Positions 38,900 through 55,260 of a stretch of 64,000 nucleotides of DNA are shown one piece after another. The stretch comes from Octopus sinensis. Taxonomy: Eukaryota. The notes below the pieces were generated by a model. The model was not told where the DNA came from. It did no database searches and worked only from the letters and a program-made list of their open reading frames with translations. The stretch covers positions 20,398,001 through 20,462,000 of the forward strand of contig NC_043003.1 of assembly GCF_006345805.1 (NCBI RefSeq), written 5' to 3'. Positions within the stretch are counted from its first letter, which is position 1. Every line of letters begins with the position of its first letter. A program made the translations under genes and the position numbers.

Positions 38900-40660
38900 A
38901 GCATTTACAACAAAATTATGATGGCCACCACTTTCTCTACCATTACCATCATCACCACACACAATTGCTGCCACCACCGCCACCACCACCACCACCACTA
39001 CCACCAACATCAACAACAGCAACAACAGGGACAGCAAAAACATTACAATGGCCAATACCACCACCACAATCAATACCATCAGCAGGGCTAGCACTACCAT
39101 CATAACTATCATCAGTATTACCACCACCGTCACTACTACCTCCACAACCACCATCTCCACAACCAACACCACCATCATCACCAGCATCACGATCACGATC
39201 ACCACCACAACCACTACAACCCACAACACCTTGTATCACGACAACCACTTCCTCCAGCATCGTCAACCATCATTCCCACCACCACCTCCACCACCACAAC
39301 CACTATCACCAGCAGCACCGCTTCCACAATCACCACAACTACTACCATTAGCATCACCACCAACAACCTCTAGAATTACCGACACCAGGAACATCACTAC
39401 CACCACCACCACCACTACAATCACTACAACATCAACAACAATAAGAACATCAACAACGAAGCCACGAAGAGCAAGAAGTAGAAATTACCAACGAAGGGGG
39501 AAAAGGAAAAGCATCCAGCAATTGTATGGTGAAATTGTTAAATGCTGTTTGAATCAATATAGCACTCACTTATAGGTGACATATTGATTATTTTTATTAT
39601 ACAGTGTGACAGATGTAAATGGTGTCATGACGTAATGACATTGACAGGCTGAATAACGTTGTTAGGAGGGGAAATAACGTTTAGTTAGTGGAGATGGTGT
39701 TGGTGGTAGTGGTGGTGGTGGTGGTTGTGGTGGTGGTAGTAGTGGTGGTGGTGGTGGTATTTATGGTGGCGGTGGCGGTGGTGGTTGTGATGGTTGTGAC
39801 GTGATGACGATGATGATGATGGTGATTGTAGTGGTCATAGCGCTAGGAGTGGTGGTGGTGGTTGTGGTGGTGATGGTTGCGGTGGTGGGTGTGGTGGTGG
39901 GTGTGGTGGTGGGTGTGGTGGTTGTGGTGGTGGTAGTGGCGTGAGTATGATGGTGACGGTTGTGATGCTACTGATAATGATGGTGGTAATTCCATGGCAA
40001 TCGGAATGACGTCTAGTGATGTTAGCCATGATAGTGGGCATGATGGTGGCAGTGGTGGTGGTGGTAGTAGTAGTGATAGTGGGGGTTGTTGGTGACGGAT
40101 GGTGAACGTTTTGATGGTAGTTGCGATTATAGTTATGGTGGTGGTGGTGGCGATTGTGGTAGTGGTGGTGGTGATGACCACGTGATGGTAGTTGTGATGG
40201 CTGTATCGGTAGTCGTCGTGGCTCTTGGTGTATTAGTTGTTGATGATAGAAGCCAAAGTGGCCGATATACTTTTTTTAGTGGCTCGTATAGATGTGGAAA
40301 CAACTGCAGCAGCAAGAACAGAAATAACAACAACAGCAATACCAGCAACAGCCGTGCCAGCGGTAGTAGTAGTAGTAGTAGTGGTGGTGTTGGTGGTAGC
40401 GGTGGTGGTAGTAGTAGTAGTGGGGATTTTAGTGGTGGTAGTAGTAGCAGTAATAGTGGTAGTAGTGGTGGTGGTGGTGGTGGTGGTTGTAGTAGTAGCA
40501 GTAGCAGTAGTCATCACGATGGAGTAGTACTGCTAAAAGCGTCGATAGTAGTGAATATGGCATTGCTGGTGGTTTGGTGGTGCTACTGGTGTTTCTGCTG
40601 CTGCTGTTGTTGTTGTTGGCGGTGGTGGTGTGAGTGGTGATGGTAGTGGTGGTGTTGCGC
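38900..40660. repeat. (CAC)-rich block, ~200-bp unique spacer, (GTG)-rich block
   Basis: Direct reading: 38900-39470 is C-rich and 39690-40660 is G-rich. Confidence 0.9.
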
Positions 40661-41025
40661 TCGTTATAGTTTGCATTCTTAGTAACGTTTGAGTGTCTGT
40701 ATGAAGATGTAGGTAAGATGATGAATGGTTGCTATGCTGGTGGTTATGTTCCATCGTGTGAACAGCGTCAACATATATGGAACAAAAAGATAGGAAGAAC
40801 AAACGCTTAGTGGGATGAACTTGCCGTCAGATTTATGTCTTTTTTCATTATGTTATGCATACAAACATATGTTACCTACTTACATACCTACCTACATGCC
40901 TTCCTTCCTTCATACCTACATGGTGGTACCCTGTCGCCAATTATTTACAGAGCATAATCGGCAGCATAAAACTCAAACCGAACATCCCAAGAGTTTAAAA
41001 TTATATTAATGATGATAATGATAGC

Positions 41026-41061
<36 letters not shown>

Positions 41062-41074
41062 TGTTGTTGTTGTT

Positions 41075-41570
41075 GTGACCCCCTTCGGTCATGAATGACA
41101 ATGGGACGGCACCTAGAAAGTTACCCTCCGAGGCACAAGTCTTGGCAAGGTTGTTTATGGAAAACCAGCAGTCGCCCACGCATACCAGCCTCTCCTCTCC
41201 ACGCCACCGATGTTATCCAAGGTAACGGCAAAGGCCGATACAGTTTGGCACCTGTGACGTCGCAATTCATTTATTAACGTGCACGCCACAGACACGTGTA
41301 CCCTTAACGTAGGTCTCGGGGAGATTCAGCGTGACACAGAATGTGACAATGGCCCTTTGAAATACAGGTACAACAGAAACAAGAAAAAAGAGAGATAAAG
41401 TTGTGGGGAAAGAGTACAGCAGGGTTCACCCACATCCCCTGTCGGAGCATTGTGGAGCTTAACGTGTTTTCGCTCAATAAACACTCACAATGCTCAGTCT
41501 GGGAATCAAAACCGCGATCCTAAGACCGCGAGTCCGCTGCTCTAAGCACTCGGCCATTGCGCCCCCGCAA
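41075..41570 (-). mobile_element. Two fused family C SINE pieces
   Basis: Tail 41075-41270 matches 34263. 41270-41570 matches 30770-31052. Confidence 0.75.
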
Positions 41571-41591
41571 CAACAACAACAACAACAACAA

Positions 41592-41634
<43 letters not shown>

Positions 41635-41671
41635 AATAATAATAATAACAACAACAACAATAACAACAGCA

Positions 41672-41889
41672 ACAATCCTTTCTACCAAAGGTCAAAAACC
41701 TAAAATTTTGGGGAAGTTGACTAGCCGATTACATCGACCCCAGTGCTTGACTAGTACTTAATTTATCGACCCCGAAAGGATGGAAGGCAAAGTCGACCTC
41801 GGTGAAATTTGCACTCAGAAGGTAGCGACGGACGAAATAACGCTAAGCATTTTGCTCGGCATGCTAAAGATTCTACCACCTTGCCGCCT
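41672..41889 (-). mobile_element. SINE family A variant
   Basis: gattacatcgaccccagtgcttgactagtacttaatttatcgaccccgaaagga. Confidence 0.8.
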
Positions 41890-41974
41890 TAGTGATGATG
41901 ATGATGATGATGATGATAATAAAAAGGAAGAGGACGAGAAACAAAAAATACAATCCCTTAAAATTTGAAACATG

Positions 41975-42165
41975 AAGAATTTTTGAGTATGAGAACTATA
42001 AAGGCCGTACCTATAATAATTGGTGCGTTGGGAACAGTAAACAAAGATGTAGACAAATGGCGGAAGGAGATTGGAATAGAATGCCCAGTAGAGCTCCTAC
42101 AGAAGGTTTGTCTCGTAGGGACAGCAGGGATTATCAGGTGTGGTTTTAAACATTTGAAAGACTAC
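41975..42165 (+). mobile_element. R4/RLE LINE extreme 3' coding fragment
   Basis: KAVPIIIGALGTVNKDVDKWRKEIGIECPVELLQKVCLVGTAGIIR. Confidence 0.8.
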
Positions 42166-42629
42166 TGAAAACTTGTGGATGCCTAAAGTTACATAAATTC
42201 TACGAAGTAGTTTTGAATTGATTGCTGTTTCCTATCGTGAATATTCTTTGAAATGCGTTAATCCCCTCTCTATATTCAAGATACGAATGCGACGAGATGT
42301 TAGACGCTGTGGAGCTTCACTGTAAGGAAGTAATTATTAGTTTTTGATATATTCTTAAATACATGTCGCTTGTCTATATCACCGACAGGAAACTTGTCGA
42401 TTCTCTTTTGTTTTTATGCGTCCTAATCGGCTTTGAAAATGTTGCATTCTTTTCTGGATTGTGAAGATTGTGAAGGTGGGTCATTAGGATTGAAGCGTAG
42501 CTTGTTGAAGTATTACTAGTGAAGAAAGGAACTCATTATAAAATACTTTTTCTCAACACATATACTAATCAGAAAGCAAAGCTTTCTTACGATAATTGCA
42601 TATCGGTATCCTCAAGGGCGAGAAAATTT

Positions 42630-42950
42630 TGTCATACCGTCGGTTACGATGACAAGGGTTCTAGTTGATCCGATCAACAGAACAGCCTGCTCGGGAAATT
42701 AATGCGAAAGTGGCTGAGCACTCCACAGATACGCGTATCCTTAACGTAGTTCTTAGCGCGATTCAGCATAAAACTGGATGTGACAAGGCTGGCCTTTTGA
42801 AATACAGGAACAACTCATTTTTGCCAGCTGAGAGGACTGGAGCAACGTGAAATAAAGTGTCTTGCTCAAAGACACAACGCGTCACTGGGAATTGAACCAC
42901 CACCTTACGACCGTGAGCCGAATACTCTAACCACTAAGCCACGCCCCTTC
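42630..42950 (-). mobile_element. SINE family C variant with RTE-like tail
   Basis: Matches 54935-55260 and 60770-60885 (gttacgacgacgagggttcc..gttgatccga). Confidence 0.75.
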
Positions 42951-43119
42951 ACTGATGAAAAAGTTCATTGGCTCCGAATATCTGCAAGGCACTCCGCAAC
43001 AAGACGTCAGCTGTCAGTGACGGGATTTCGATTCGCTCTATAACCAATTTCGTGTAATTGCGTCAGAAATAGCATTTACACACACACACACACAAACACA
43101 CGTGTGTGTGTGTGTGTTT

Positions 43120-43280
43120 AGGAAAAGGCTTGGCTGTATAGTTAAGATGTTTGCTTCTCAACAATCTGACCTTAGGTTCAGTCCCACGGCGTGGTACCCT
43201 GTGTAACCGTTTTCTACTACAGCCTCGGGCCGATTACAACTTTGTGAGAGGATCTGGTAAACTGAAAGGAGAGAGTCGTG
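43120..43280 (+). mobile_element. SINE family B head/core
   Basis: ggttcagtcccacggcgtggtacc..ttctactacagcctcgggccga. Confidence 0.7.
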
Positions 43281-43288
43281 TACATACA

Positions 43289-43428
<140 letters not shown>

Positions 43429-43445
43429 CATACATACATATATAT

Positions 43446-46990
<3,545 letters not shown>

Positions 46991-48189
46991 TTAGCCACAC
47001 AGGGCTGAATACAGAGGGGACAAATACAAATGGATAGATAGATAGATAGATAGAAAGAGAGAGGGGCAAAAATTAAGATTAAATAAAATGGTGCTATCAA
47101 CACAGATATACAAAACGGAAAGAATGTATGAGCGTAAGTGTCGTTCGAGATAGAATAAGTAACAGAGAGTAATAACAGATACATACTAAGTAACTAGAGA
47201 GAGAATAAGTAATAGATAGACGGAAAGAAACACAATAAATTAGAAAGCGAATAAGAGAAAGAGAGAACGGAAAATATGAGCGGAGAAAGAGAAAAGGAAA
47301 GAGAAAGAGTAAGCGAGGAGAACGCAGAAGACAGACAGAGAAAGCGAGAGAGAAAGTTGGAGAGAGAACGAACATACTGGAAGAATTAAGTGACATACAT
47401 GGTACGTGTTTAACATGAAAAATCATGTACCAAAAGCGAAAATGTCTTAAACTTGAAACCCTCAGCAGGATTTTCGATATCTGGCAAAGTTTCATATCTG
47501 TCATAGGCAAATAAAGAACAAATAAAGCAACCGCATTGTAATGTTATCTGGTATGGGAGTAAGAGATAACAAAAGATATACTGAACGATCTATGATCTGA
47601 GACTTACGCACAAAGGAACTGCTATAAATATTAAGCATTGTCTAATATTAGAAGACTATAATGGACGGACCGTACGTTCTTATATGTATGTATGTATGTA
47701 TGTATGAATGTATGTATGCAGGTGAGTATATAATCATGTATATGTATAAATAAGTATTCACACATACACATACATAAATATTTATTTATAGATACATATA
47801 TACACATATATTTATCTATATATACATACATACATTCTTTTATTCTTTTATTCTTCTATTTGTTTCAGTCATTTGACAAGGTTTTGAGTAGATGAAACAG
47901 GGGCAACTGAAGAAGGGGAATATTCTTTATGTTGTATGTTTCGTTTCTCTGTTTTTTCGCTGTTTGAAAAAAAGTTCGTTTCTATGTTTTTGTTTTTATA
48001 TTTTCGTTTCTCATTGTGTTCAACGTTATTTTTTATGTCCTGTACCCATATATGCATTTATATATACATATATATGTAGGTATGTACATATATGTATGTA
48101 TATATGCATATATTTATATATTATTTTTATTATATATATATATATATGTTTGTGTGAGCGTGTATATACGTATATATACATATATGTGC

Positions 48190-48253
<64 letters not shown>

Positions 48254-48619
48254 ATATATATATATATATATGTATGTAGCTATGTATGTATGCATATATG
48301 TGTATATGTGTATCTGAAATGTGCGTATATACATGAAATGAAAATGAGCGATGATAAAATCCCAGAGTAACTAGTTGTATGCTTTTCAAGAACAATTACG
48401 GGTAAAGCCATATTAAATAATATTCAAGATAAATCATTGATTTACTGAAATTATTTCCGGTTTCAGAGAGGGTACTCCAATCGCTTGGTAGCGATTAAAC
48501 AACATATGTATCTCAGCAATGTCAGACCGATCGACATTAAATATTTATTCATAATTGTTTGTTATTCTGAGATTATTTCCCATTCTCATTTGTTATTGCT
48601 ACCAGGTGACTGATCAACA

Positions 48620-48686
<67 letters not shown>

Positions 48687-49499
48687 AGAAATAGGTAGCA
48701 AAGAACACCTCTCTGATATATGATGGAAAGAATATGTGTACCTCTACGTTATAGTCTTTTCTCCAACAAACATTTGTATTTGTGACCATTATTCACTTCG
48801 TGAGACGGTGTTGTAAAGGCCATATTCCAGTGAAGACATAGCACTCGGCCACACGTGTTTGGATATAAAACCGAAAGCGACGGAGAAACTTATTGATGCT
48901 AGTGGTTTTATATCTAGTCGCTCTACCATCGCTTTTCTAGACATTAAAGTTCTCGAAATTTATTCAACACGAAAATAAATTCCTACATTATCTATATACC
49001 AAATAAGATTGCCAATGGTCGAACAAGCGAAGTATAATTTACTGAATGTCTACAATAAATAATTATCAAAAAATTTCAAATCAGTCTGCTTGTTGGAGTA
49101 TTGGTGGGGTTATGAAGTGAGGGTAGAATAAAGTATTAAAAACAGTATATTGCAGTGATACCCCACATGAAGGGAACCAGTGCTACGTTCTATATTCTTG
49201 ATCAAGGAGTGGATATTACAAATTTGGGTGAGACGATGGGCCTTGCCACTCTTGTGCCAGCTTGTGGTGTTACACTCTTGAGGCCGGTGTGATATTAAAA
49301 TGTTAGGCCAGATGGCAGGACTTATACCCTTGGACCAAGTAGGAATGCTACACCGGTCAACGAATTAAGCTCACCAACTAAGAACAAGAACTGTCCCCTC
49401 CGACGGACTTTCGCATCATATTAGTTAGTGTATATTACGGTTTCCGTAACATTTCGGTTTTCCGATTGACGTTGTAAGCCTTAAGTCAACCTCTTTAAG

Positions 49500-49935
49500 T
49501 TCGAGGAGAAGTGGATCGCACTTCGTCAAGATTATACCTTTCGGTCGGTCTGGTATGAGTGATGCAGCAAAGAGCCTAAGGTCTCACCAGCATTGTCCTC
49601 TGGATCATAGAACCAAGCGAACCCCTCAATTACGACAAAGGAGCGATTTTTTTGAGGCTCAAATCCTTGTTAGGGCTGATCATTCTGAGGGGCGCATTAT
49701 ATGACGTTAACCAAATTTCGAGGAGAGGTGGATCGCACTTCGTCAAGATTATACCCTTCGGTCGGTCTGGTATGAGTGATGCAGCAAAGAGCCTAAGGTC
49801 TCACCAGCATTGTTCTCTGGATCATAGAACCAAGCGAACCCCTCAATTACGACAAAGGAGCGATTTTTTTAGGCTCAAATCCTTGTTGGGGCTGATCATT
49901 CTGAGGGGCACATTATATGACGTTAGCCAAATTTC
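49500..49935. repeat. Two tandem copies of a 217-bp relatively GC-rich unit
   Basis: tcgaggaga(a/g)gtggatcgcacttcgtcaag at 49501 and 49718. Few substitutions. Confidence 0.9.
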
Positions 49936-50479
49936 ATCCCTCATAGATTTATTGGAATTGAAACCAAATGAGTAAACACTTGCCAAAGATTCTACGCTTT
50001 GAAATCAAACCCGAAACCACAAAGTTAACGAAGTGAACTGCTTATACACACAGCTGTATCCCTTTTCATAGTGAGCTTATCTTTCTAAACTCAGGTTAGC
50101 TATTACAATTATATTTTTATCGACTTATGAGATGGGTACTAAAATCGTAGAATATACTCAATTGAGAGAGCTTGAAGAAGTGATAAAATATTAAACTCAC
50201 GTAAATCAGTATCTTATCGTTCAAAACTTATGACGAATAACTTCGTCTAGTGAATTCATTGATAATAAAGGGAGTAATATTATTTTATTGCTTCAAGAAA
50301 AATTATTCAACATGGGAATTGAAACATTCAGTGTGTCGATGTCTAGCTGTATGGTTTGCTGTGGAAGTATATTCTATGTTTTACTATAGAATGATATTCA
50401 AGTGATATACTAGACAGACATTCTTTTTGTCACAGTGCGTGTATGGAACCCATTGCAGTTTCTGAATATCCTAAAAGCA

Positions 50480-50531
<52 letters not shown>

Positions 50532-50664
50532 GTACACACATATACATATGTATATGTATATATATATATATATATATACACACGCGTGTATACATATATG
50601 TATATATATATGTGTGTGTGTGTAATATATATGTGTGTATGTGCGTGCGTGTATGTACGTGTGT

Positions 50665-50714
<50 letters not shown>

Positions 50715-51235
50715 AACAACATAGATATATAAATATTTTTTATTGTGTTTGGAAGCGTCGAATGTGCATCGTATCATACAGACAAGGGAGTGATATTTCG
50801 AACACAGTTTAGCCATCGAAACAGCAGAAAGACGGGGTATTTTACCCTTCCGTGATAGAAAATGCTGTCAGCAGACAACCAAGGGCTATAACTGCATTCG
50901 AAATATTACTTCCTTGTCTATATGATATAATCACCCAGTAGCAAGAATAAATAATCCAACTGAAATCTAAACTGAACCCGTCTACGCATGATGTCAGCTG
51001 ACGTTTCCCCTAGGTTTGGTTATCAATCGCCAATGTGGTTATCCCAAGTGTTGGATGAATATCCTGTCATGGAGACATCGAGGCAACCTCGTATTTGTTT
51101 ATATGACGACTGCTTGAGACCCCGAAATATTTGACTACCGCCAGTATAATAGTATGATACAGAATGATGCGTGTGACTTTTACCTGAGAATGTCCCTTAA
51201 GAATGTAAACATATAAAACAAAGCTATGTAGCCCA

Positions 51236-51314
51236 TAGTCCGACTTACGACTAAATCGACTTACGACCAGTCAGTCGGAACCAATTGTAGTCGTAATTCG
51301 ACGACGATCTGTAT
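51236..51314 (-). mobile_element. Possible pogo/Tigger-like MITE terminus
   Basis: TA-cagatcgtcgtcgaattacgac terminus and repeated cgacttacgac subterminal motifs. Confidence 0.4.
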
Positions 51315-51334
51315 ACACACACACACACACAGAT

Positions 51335-51374
<40 letters not shown>

Positions 51375-51380
<6 letters not shown>

Positions 51381-52085
51381 AAAGGGCTTAGTAAAATAAA
51401 TTACTTTGCCGCATACTGAACTCATTAGAAATAGCAGCTAAAAAAAACTTTTTTAAAACTATTTCTAATACTTAAAGAAAACCTCTCTCATATAGTGTTT
51501 GCTCAATTCAACTCACGAAATTATGGGGGTAAAGACATTAAAAAATCAAATGCAAAGGTTATTTGAGAACGTACGTTTCAAGATTAGTCAACTCGACATT
51601 TCTATCATCAGCTCAGAACTCCTTGGTTTGGATTTGAAAACACTGAAAGTGGGAGCATACCCTTTCGGCTTGTTATCGCTTCTGAAGATCTGCTCGAAAC
51701 TAACAGTGCCAGCAAACTCAAATATGCAAGCGAAGAATTTCTGCTCTCCCCTTTCCACCAGCGTGGGTTAAAATCAGTAAACACTATGCTTTTTTCGGTA
51801 AAATCCGAGGCATTAAATAGAGAGAGATGAATTATAATTTCAACAATTGAGGGTAAAATTAATTAATTATTAATCAATTTCACCAAGTATTCAGTATGCA
51901 AAGGGACCATTTAAGGCGAATTCAAATTATTACATTATATAAAAGGGCTTAGTAAAATAAATTACTTTGCCGCATACTGAACTCATTAGAAATAGCAGCT
52001 AAAAAAAACTTTTTTAAAACTATTTCTAATACTTAAAGAAAACCTCTCTCATATAGTGTTTGCTCAATTCAACTCACGAAATTAT
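51375..52085 (-). mobile_element. Partial tandem element (560-bp period, ~150-bp terminal direct repeat) in (TA)n, containing a hammerhead
   Basis: 51375-51525 is repeated at 51935-52085. Hammerhead at 51564-51615. Confidence 0.75.
51564..51615 (-). ncRNA. Type-I hammerhead ribozyme-like motif
   Basis: tgag-CTGATGA-t-AGA-aat-GTCG-agt-TGAC-taa-TCT-t-GAAA-CGTACG-TT-ctca. Stem I 4 bp, palindromic ACGTACGT, GUU triplet. Confidence 0.65.
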
Positions 52086-52187
52086 ATATATATATAAAGA
52101 CATAGTAAATAGGGTAATAAAAATAAATTATTATTACCAGTGACCTAGCACAAAGGACGAATTAGTCATTAGACTATACGTTATTCA

Positions 52188-52708
52188 TATATAAGTACAT
52201 TAAAAGGCTTCCAAATAAAGAAGCGAGTGCTAGATACACAAAGAGGGGATAGATTTATGAAATGGAATGAAAATCAAAAACGTTTACCATCTCAGCGAAT
52301 CCTGTACTGCAGTTTCATCTTTTTTTTAACAAATGAATAGAATTCATCTGCCAAGGCCAGAATCGTCAGCAGGAAGCATTTGTAATCGAAGCTGTACACA
52401 TCGCTAGAAGCACGTGCAAATCTAACGATCTGTATACTCTAACTTTTCAGACCGGTGCGGAGACGCAAGTTATACCCGGCGAACAAGGAGGATGCCGGTA
52501 AAAATTTACGAGCAAATCTATCGAGCAATATTTAAACATTGTAAATAGGGTAATAAAATTCTATTCATTTGCTAAAAAAAATAAACATGAAACTGCAGTA
52601 CAGGATTCGCTGAGATGGTAAACGTTTTTGATTTTATTTCATTTCATGAATCTATCCCCTCTTTGTGTATCTAGCACTTGCTTCTTTATTTGGAAGCCTT
52701 TTAATGTA

Positions 52709-52712
<4 letters not shown>
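52188..52712. mobile_element. Element with ~160-bp inverted repeats in (TA)n
   Basis: 52188-52345 is the reverse complement of 52556-52712, with few differences. Confidence 0.8.
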
Positions 52713-52762
<50 letters not shown>

Positions 52763-52835
52763 ATATGCGTGTGCGTTTGTGTGTGTGTCCGTCCGTCCGT
52801 TTGCTAGTGATATCAGAAAACGATTATTCATTATC

Positions 52836-53045
52836 GAGCTGGCAGAATCGTTACCGCTCCGAGAAAAATGCTTAGCAGAAGTAGTTTTCGGCTTTACATT
52901 CATAGTTCGAATACTGCCGGGGTCGATCTTGCCTTCATCCGTTCAGGTTCAATATAAAATAAGTACCAGTTGAACACTGGGGTCAACGTAATAGATTTAC
53001 CTCTCACCCTAAAATCACTGACCTTGTGCCAAAATATTAAATCAA
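52836..53045 (+). mobile_element. SINE family A variant, degenerate
   Basis: gagctggcagaatcgtta..aaatgcttagc head, then aaataagtaccagttgaacactggggtc. Confidence 0.7.
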
Positions 53046-53346
53046 CAGCATAGAAGACGTTAATACTTTAGTCGAGTCAGATACATTCTGTTCTGTGTTT
53101 CACCCGTGAATGCACAGGTTTGTTAGTTAAGTTATGAATGAAAATTGATGGGATTTGTTCGTTTAGATAAAAGTTCCTTGTTACAGGCTATGGTAGAGGA
53201 CAGAAAATATGATAAAAAGGGTGAAAAAGAAGAAACATATAGAAGACAAACGAGAAAAAGATTGGAAAGTAAATAAAAAAAAGGAGGAAAGGGGGCTACA
53301 ATGTAATTCAAGAAGATACAAATTGACTGAGGTTTTTCTTTTGCTT

Positions 53347-53568
53347 TACGAGGACATGCAGAAAAGTTCTTGACTTTAAGGGATTCGCGGAAGGCCTGGT
53401 TGGAGGCCCAACTTACCGAGTTCTTTAACAGCGCTTAGAAAAACTGAAGGGCCGTTGCCATAAGTGTGTGAATCTGAGAAAGGGAATATGTTAAATAAAA
53501 TAATATTCAAGTTATCCTCCTTTATTTTCTTTTACCCAAAGCCAGAAACTTTTCCTTACACCGTCGTA
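53347..53568. mobile_element. Mariner-derived MITE
   Basis: TIRs TACGAGGACATGCAGAAAAGTTCTTGACTT and TACGACGGTGTAAGGAAAAGTTTCTGGCTT. Internal LEKLKGRCHKCVNL..GEYV-like remnant. Confidence 0.75.
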
Positions 53569-54080
53569 TATGTATGTATGTATGTATGTATCTATGTATG
53601 TATGTATGTATGCATGAATGTATGTATGTATGTATGTATGTATGTACATACGTATGTATGTATGTATGTATGTATGTATTTATGTACATACGTATGTATG
53701 TATGTATGTATGTATGTGTGTATATATGTATGTACATGTGTATGTATGTATGTTTGTATATCTCTGTGTGTCTGTATGTATGCGTGTATGTATGTATGTA
53801 TGTATGAATGTATGTATGTATGTATGTATGTATGTATGTATGTACATACGTATGTATGTATGTATGTATGTATGTATGTACATACGTATGTATGTATGTA
53901 TGTATGTATGTATGTATGTACATACGTATGTATGTATGTATGTATGTATGTATGTACATACGTATGTATGTACATACGTATGTATGTATATATGTGTGTA
54001 TATATGTATGTACATGTGTATGTATGTATGTTTGTATATCTCTGTGTGTCTGTATGTATGCGTGTATGCATGTTTGTATG
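53569..54080. repeat. (TATG)n compound microsatellite with internal duplicated higher-order blocks
   Basis: Direct reading. Confidence 0.95.
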
Positions 54081-54934
54081 TATAGTGCGCCTGTGTCTCT
54101 TTAGTTGTAAATATGTATTTAGACCTCTATTTTGTGTTTACTGTTTATACCGAAGCGGTTTGAAAATGAAAGCTTATATGAAAATGAAATTATGTAAAAG
54201 ATAAACTTTGGAAACGCCTAACAACTCACTTGCTCTCTCTCTCTCTCACTCTCTCTCCTCTCTTTCTCTCTCTCTCTCTCTCATACAATGAACGAAAATA
54301 ATGATTAAAAAAAACAGTCGAATAATGCTTAAGTACTCAATGTAAATAAGATCCGGCTAACAGAACTGTCCAGTCAAGATTACGATAATCTGTTTTGGTT
54401 GTTATTTTTTCTTGTGACAGGTGCAACTGCAAATGCGAAGTTGATCACCAATTAGTGATTTTGCTGCATTAGTAAGGAGACAAGGAAACATGTTCAATGA
54501 TATTTATTTCGCTTACACGTGTTTCAAATAGTTGAACAAATTGAATCCTTTGCTCATTGGGATTAGGATGCTTAATCGACCCTTCAGTGAATCGACTATT
54601 TAACCAAATTTACGAAGCTGTTGACTACTAATCCATTCTATTCAAGGCTTTAATCACTTTGTTAGATCTTAGGCTTGGGGATACACAATGAGAGCATTGA
54701 AAAGGGGTGGCATAAGCTATAAACATCAGACCAACCTCCTGAATTTATTACTCTGTGTGCCTTCTATAGTCATAGGAGTTAGTGTTTTTTTTTATCATAT
54801 GCTATTAATATAATGTTTGTTAGGAGAACACAGCAATAGTATTTGCTTAATGACCAAATAAATATCTTTATACTTGATGTCGTCAAGTGCAAATTACTTT
54901 GTAGCAGAAAACAGAGTGTACTGTCAAAAGTATG

Positions 54935-55260
54935 TACCGTTGCTAGAGTATTCGACTCATGATCGTACAGTTCAATGAGTTCGATTCACGGCGACGCCTT
55001 GTGTCCTTAAGTAAGACACTTTATTAAACCTTGCTCTAGTCCATGCAGCTAGCAAAATTGGGTTGTCTTTCTGTTTCAAAAGGCCAGCTTTGTCACACCC
55101 TGTGTCACGCTGAATCTCGCTGAGAACTACGTTCAGGTTACGCGCATCTCTGGAACTGTGGAGTATTCAGCTACTTACACTTTAATTTCACGAGCACCTT
55201 AACTCCACGTTGATCGAATGAGCTGGAACACTCGTCGACGTAACCGACGGAGTGCCAATA
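54935..55260 (+). mobile_element. SINE family C variant with RTE-like tail
   Basis: gagttcgattc B-box, caaaaggccagctttgtcacaccctgtgtcacgctgaatctc core, tail gtcgacgtaaccgacggagtgcc. Confidence 0.75.

Noticed and set aside
40086-40640. Gly/Ser-rich 184-aa ORF
   Set aside because: Product of the (GGT/AGT)n block.
51682-51705. CTGAAGA...GAAACTA hammerhead candidate on the plus strand
   Set aside because: Only 7 nt lie between the core halves, with no stem II, and there is no stem I.
54421-54471. Possible upstream non-coding micro-exon (tttttcttgtgacag acceptor, GTAAGG donor)
   Set aside because: Splice-like motifs are common by chance, and there is no independent support without RNA data.
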